A DNA stretch of 55,670 nucleotides from a virus (lineage: Duplodnaviria > Caudoviricetes): positions 1 to 55,670 of IMG/VR virus record IMGVR_UViG_3300001782_000010; one strand, given 5' to 3'. A program made the translations under genes and the position numbers. Below the pieces are notes generated by a model, which had not been told where the DNA came from, did no database searches, and saw only the letters and a list, made by a program, of their open reading frames with translations. Numbering within the stretch: position 1 is the first letter of the stretch; the number at the start of each line of letters is the position of its first letter. Below, piece by piece: positions 55,478 through 55,670 of the stretch.

Positions 55478-55670
55478 TCTAAGCATAATATCTTAAATCT
55501 TCCTATAAAGCATAAGCACAAAGATAAAGACAAAGACAATTTTAACGATTTAACTTCTAAAAAATCTAAAAATCTAATTGGGAGAATTCTAAGCATAATA
55601 TCGTATGCAAAAAATCAAAAGAAAAAGCATAAAAAATCTAAGCATAATCTAATGCAATCTTTGAAGCATA
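55478..55670 (+). repeat. Clustered AAGCATA direct repeats
   Basis: TCTAAGCATAATATC at 55478 and 55588, TCTAAGCATAAT at 55637, AAGCATA at 55508, 55625 and 55664. Confidence 0.7.

Noticed and set aside
1-55670. tRNA/rRNA genes, tail sheath, Ku, tyrosine or serine integrase, replicative polymerase
   Set aside because: None recognised by eye in this window; they may lie outside it, and a covariance or HMM search could still find divergent copies.

Overview
The window is a large part of the genome of an AT-rich tailed dsDNA virus (Caudoviricetes). No tail sheath gene is visible, so it is probably siphovirus-like. The host is most likely an archaeon of the TACK or Asgard lineages, judging by a virus-encoded eS30-like ribosomal protein, GGAGGTGA-type Shine-Dalgarno sites and TATA-like promoters. 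Almost all genes lie on the + strand, in this order: portal, class II ribonucleotide reductase, eS30, a multidomain nucleotidyltransferase/ATP-dependent DNA ligase, a ~12 kb island of glycosyltransferases, methyltransferases, a radical SAM enzyme and a CysD-like protein, a 14-aa-repeat fibre-like protein, an intein-interrupted protein with three LigD 3'-phosphoesterase-like domains, prohead protease/scaffold, HK97-type capsid, neck and tail genes (with a -1 frameshift chaperone), a 2406-aa tape measure and several receptor-binding proteins. Both terminase subunits are inverted on the - strand. The best candidate for an undescribed system is a split LigD-like end-healing/sealing kit (ligase + NTase + phosphoesterases) embedded in the head module and possibly packaged in the virion. 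A second striking signal is the last ~2.2 kb, which by eye completely lacks CAG/CTG, GATC, CTAG and GTAC, motifs abundant elsewhere; this resembles a first-injected, restriction-evading segment. All calls come from motif recognition by eye; no database searches were run.
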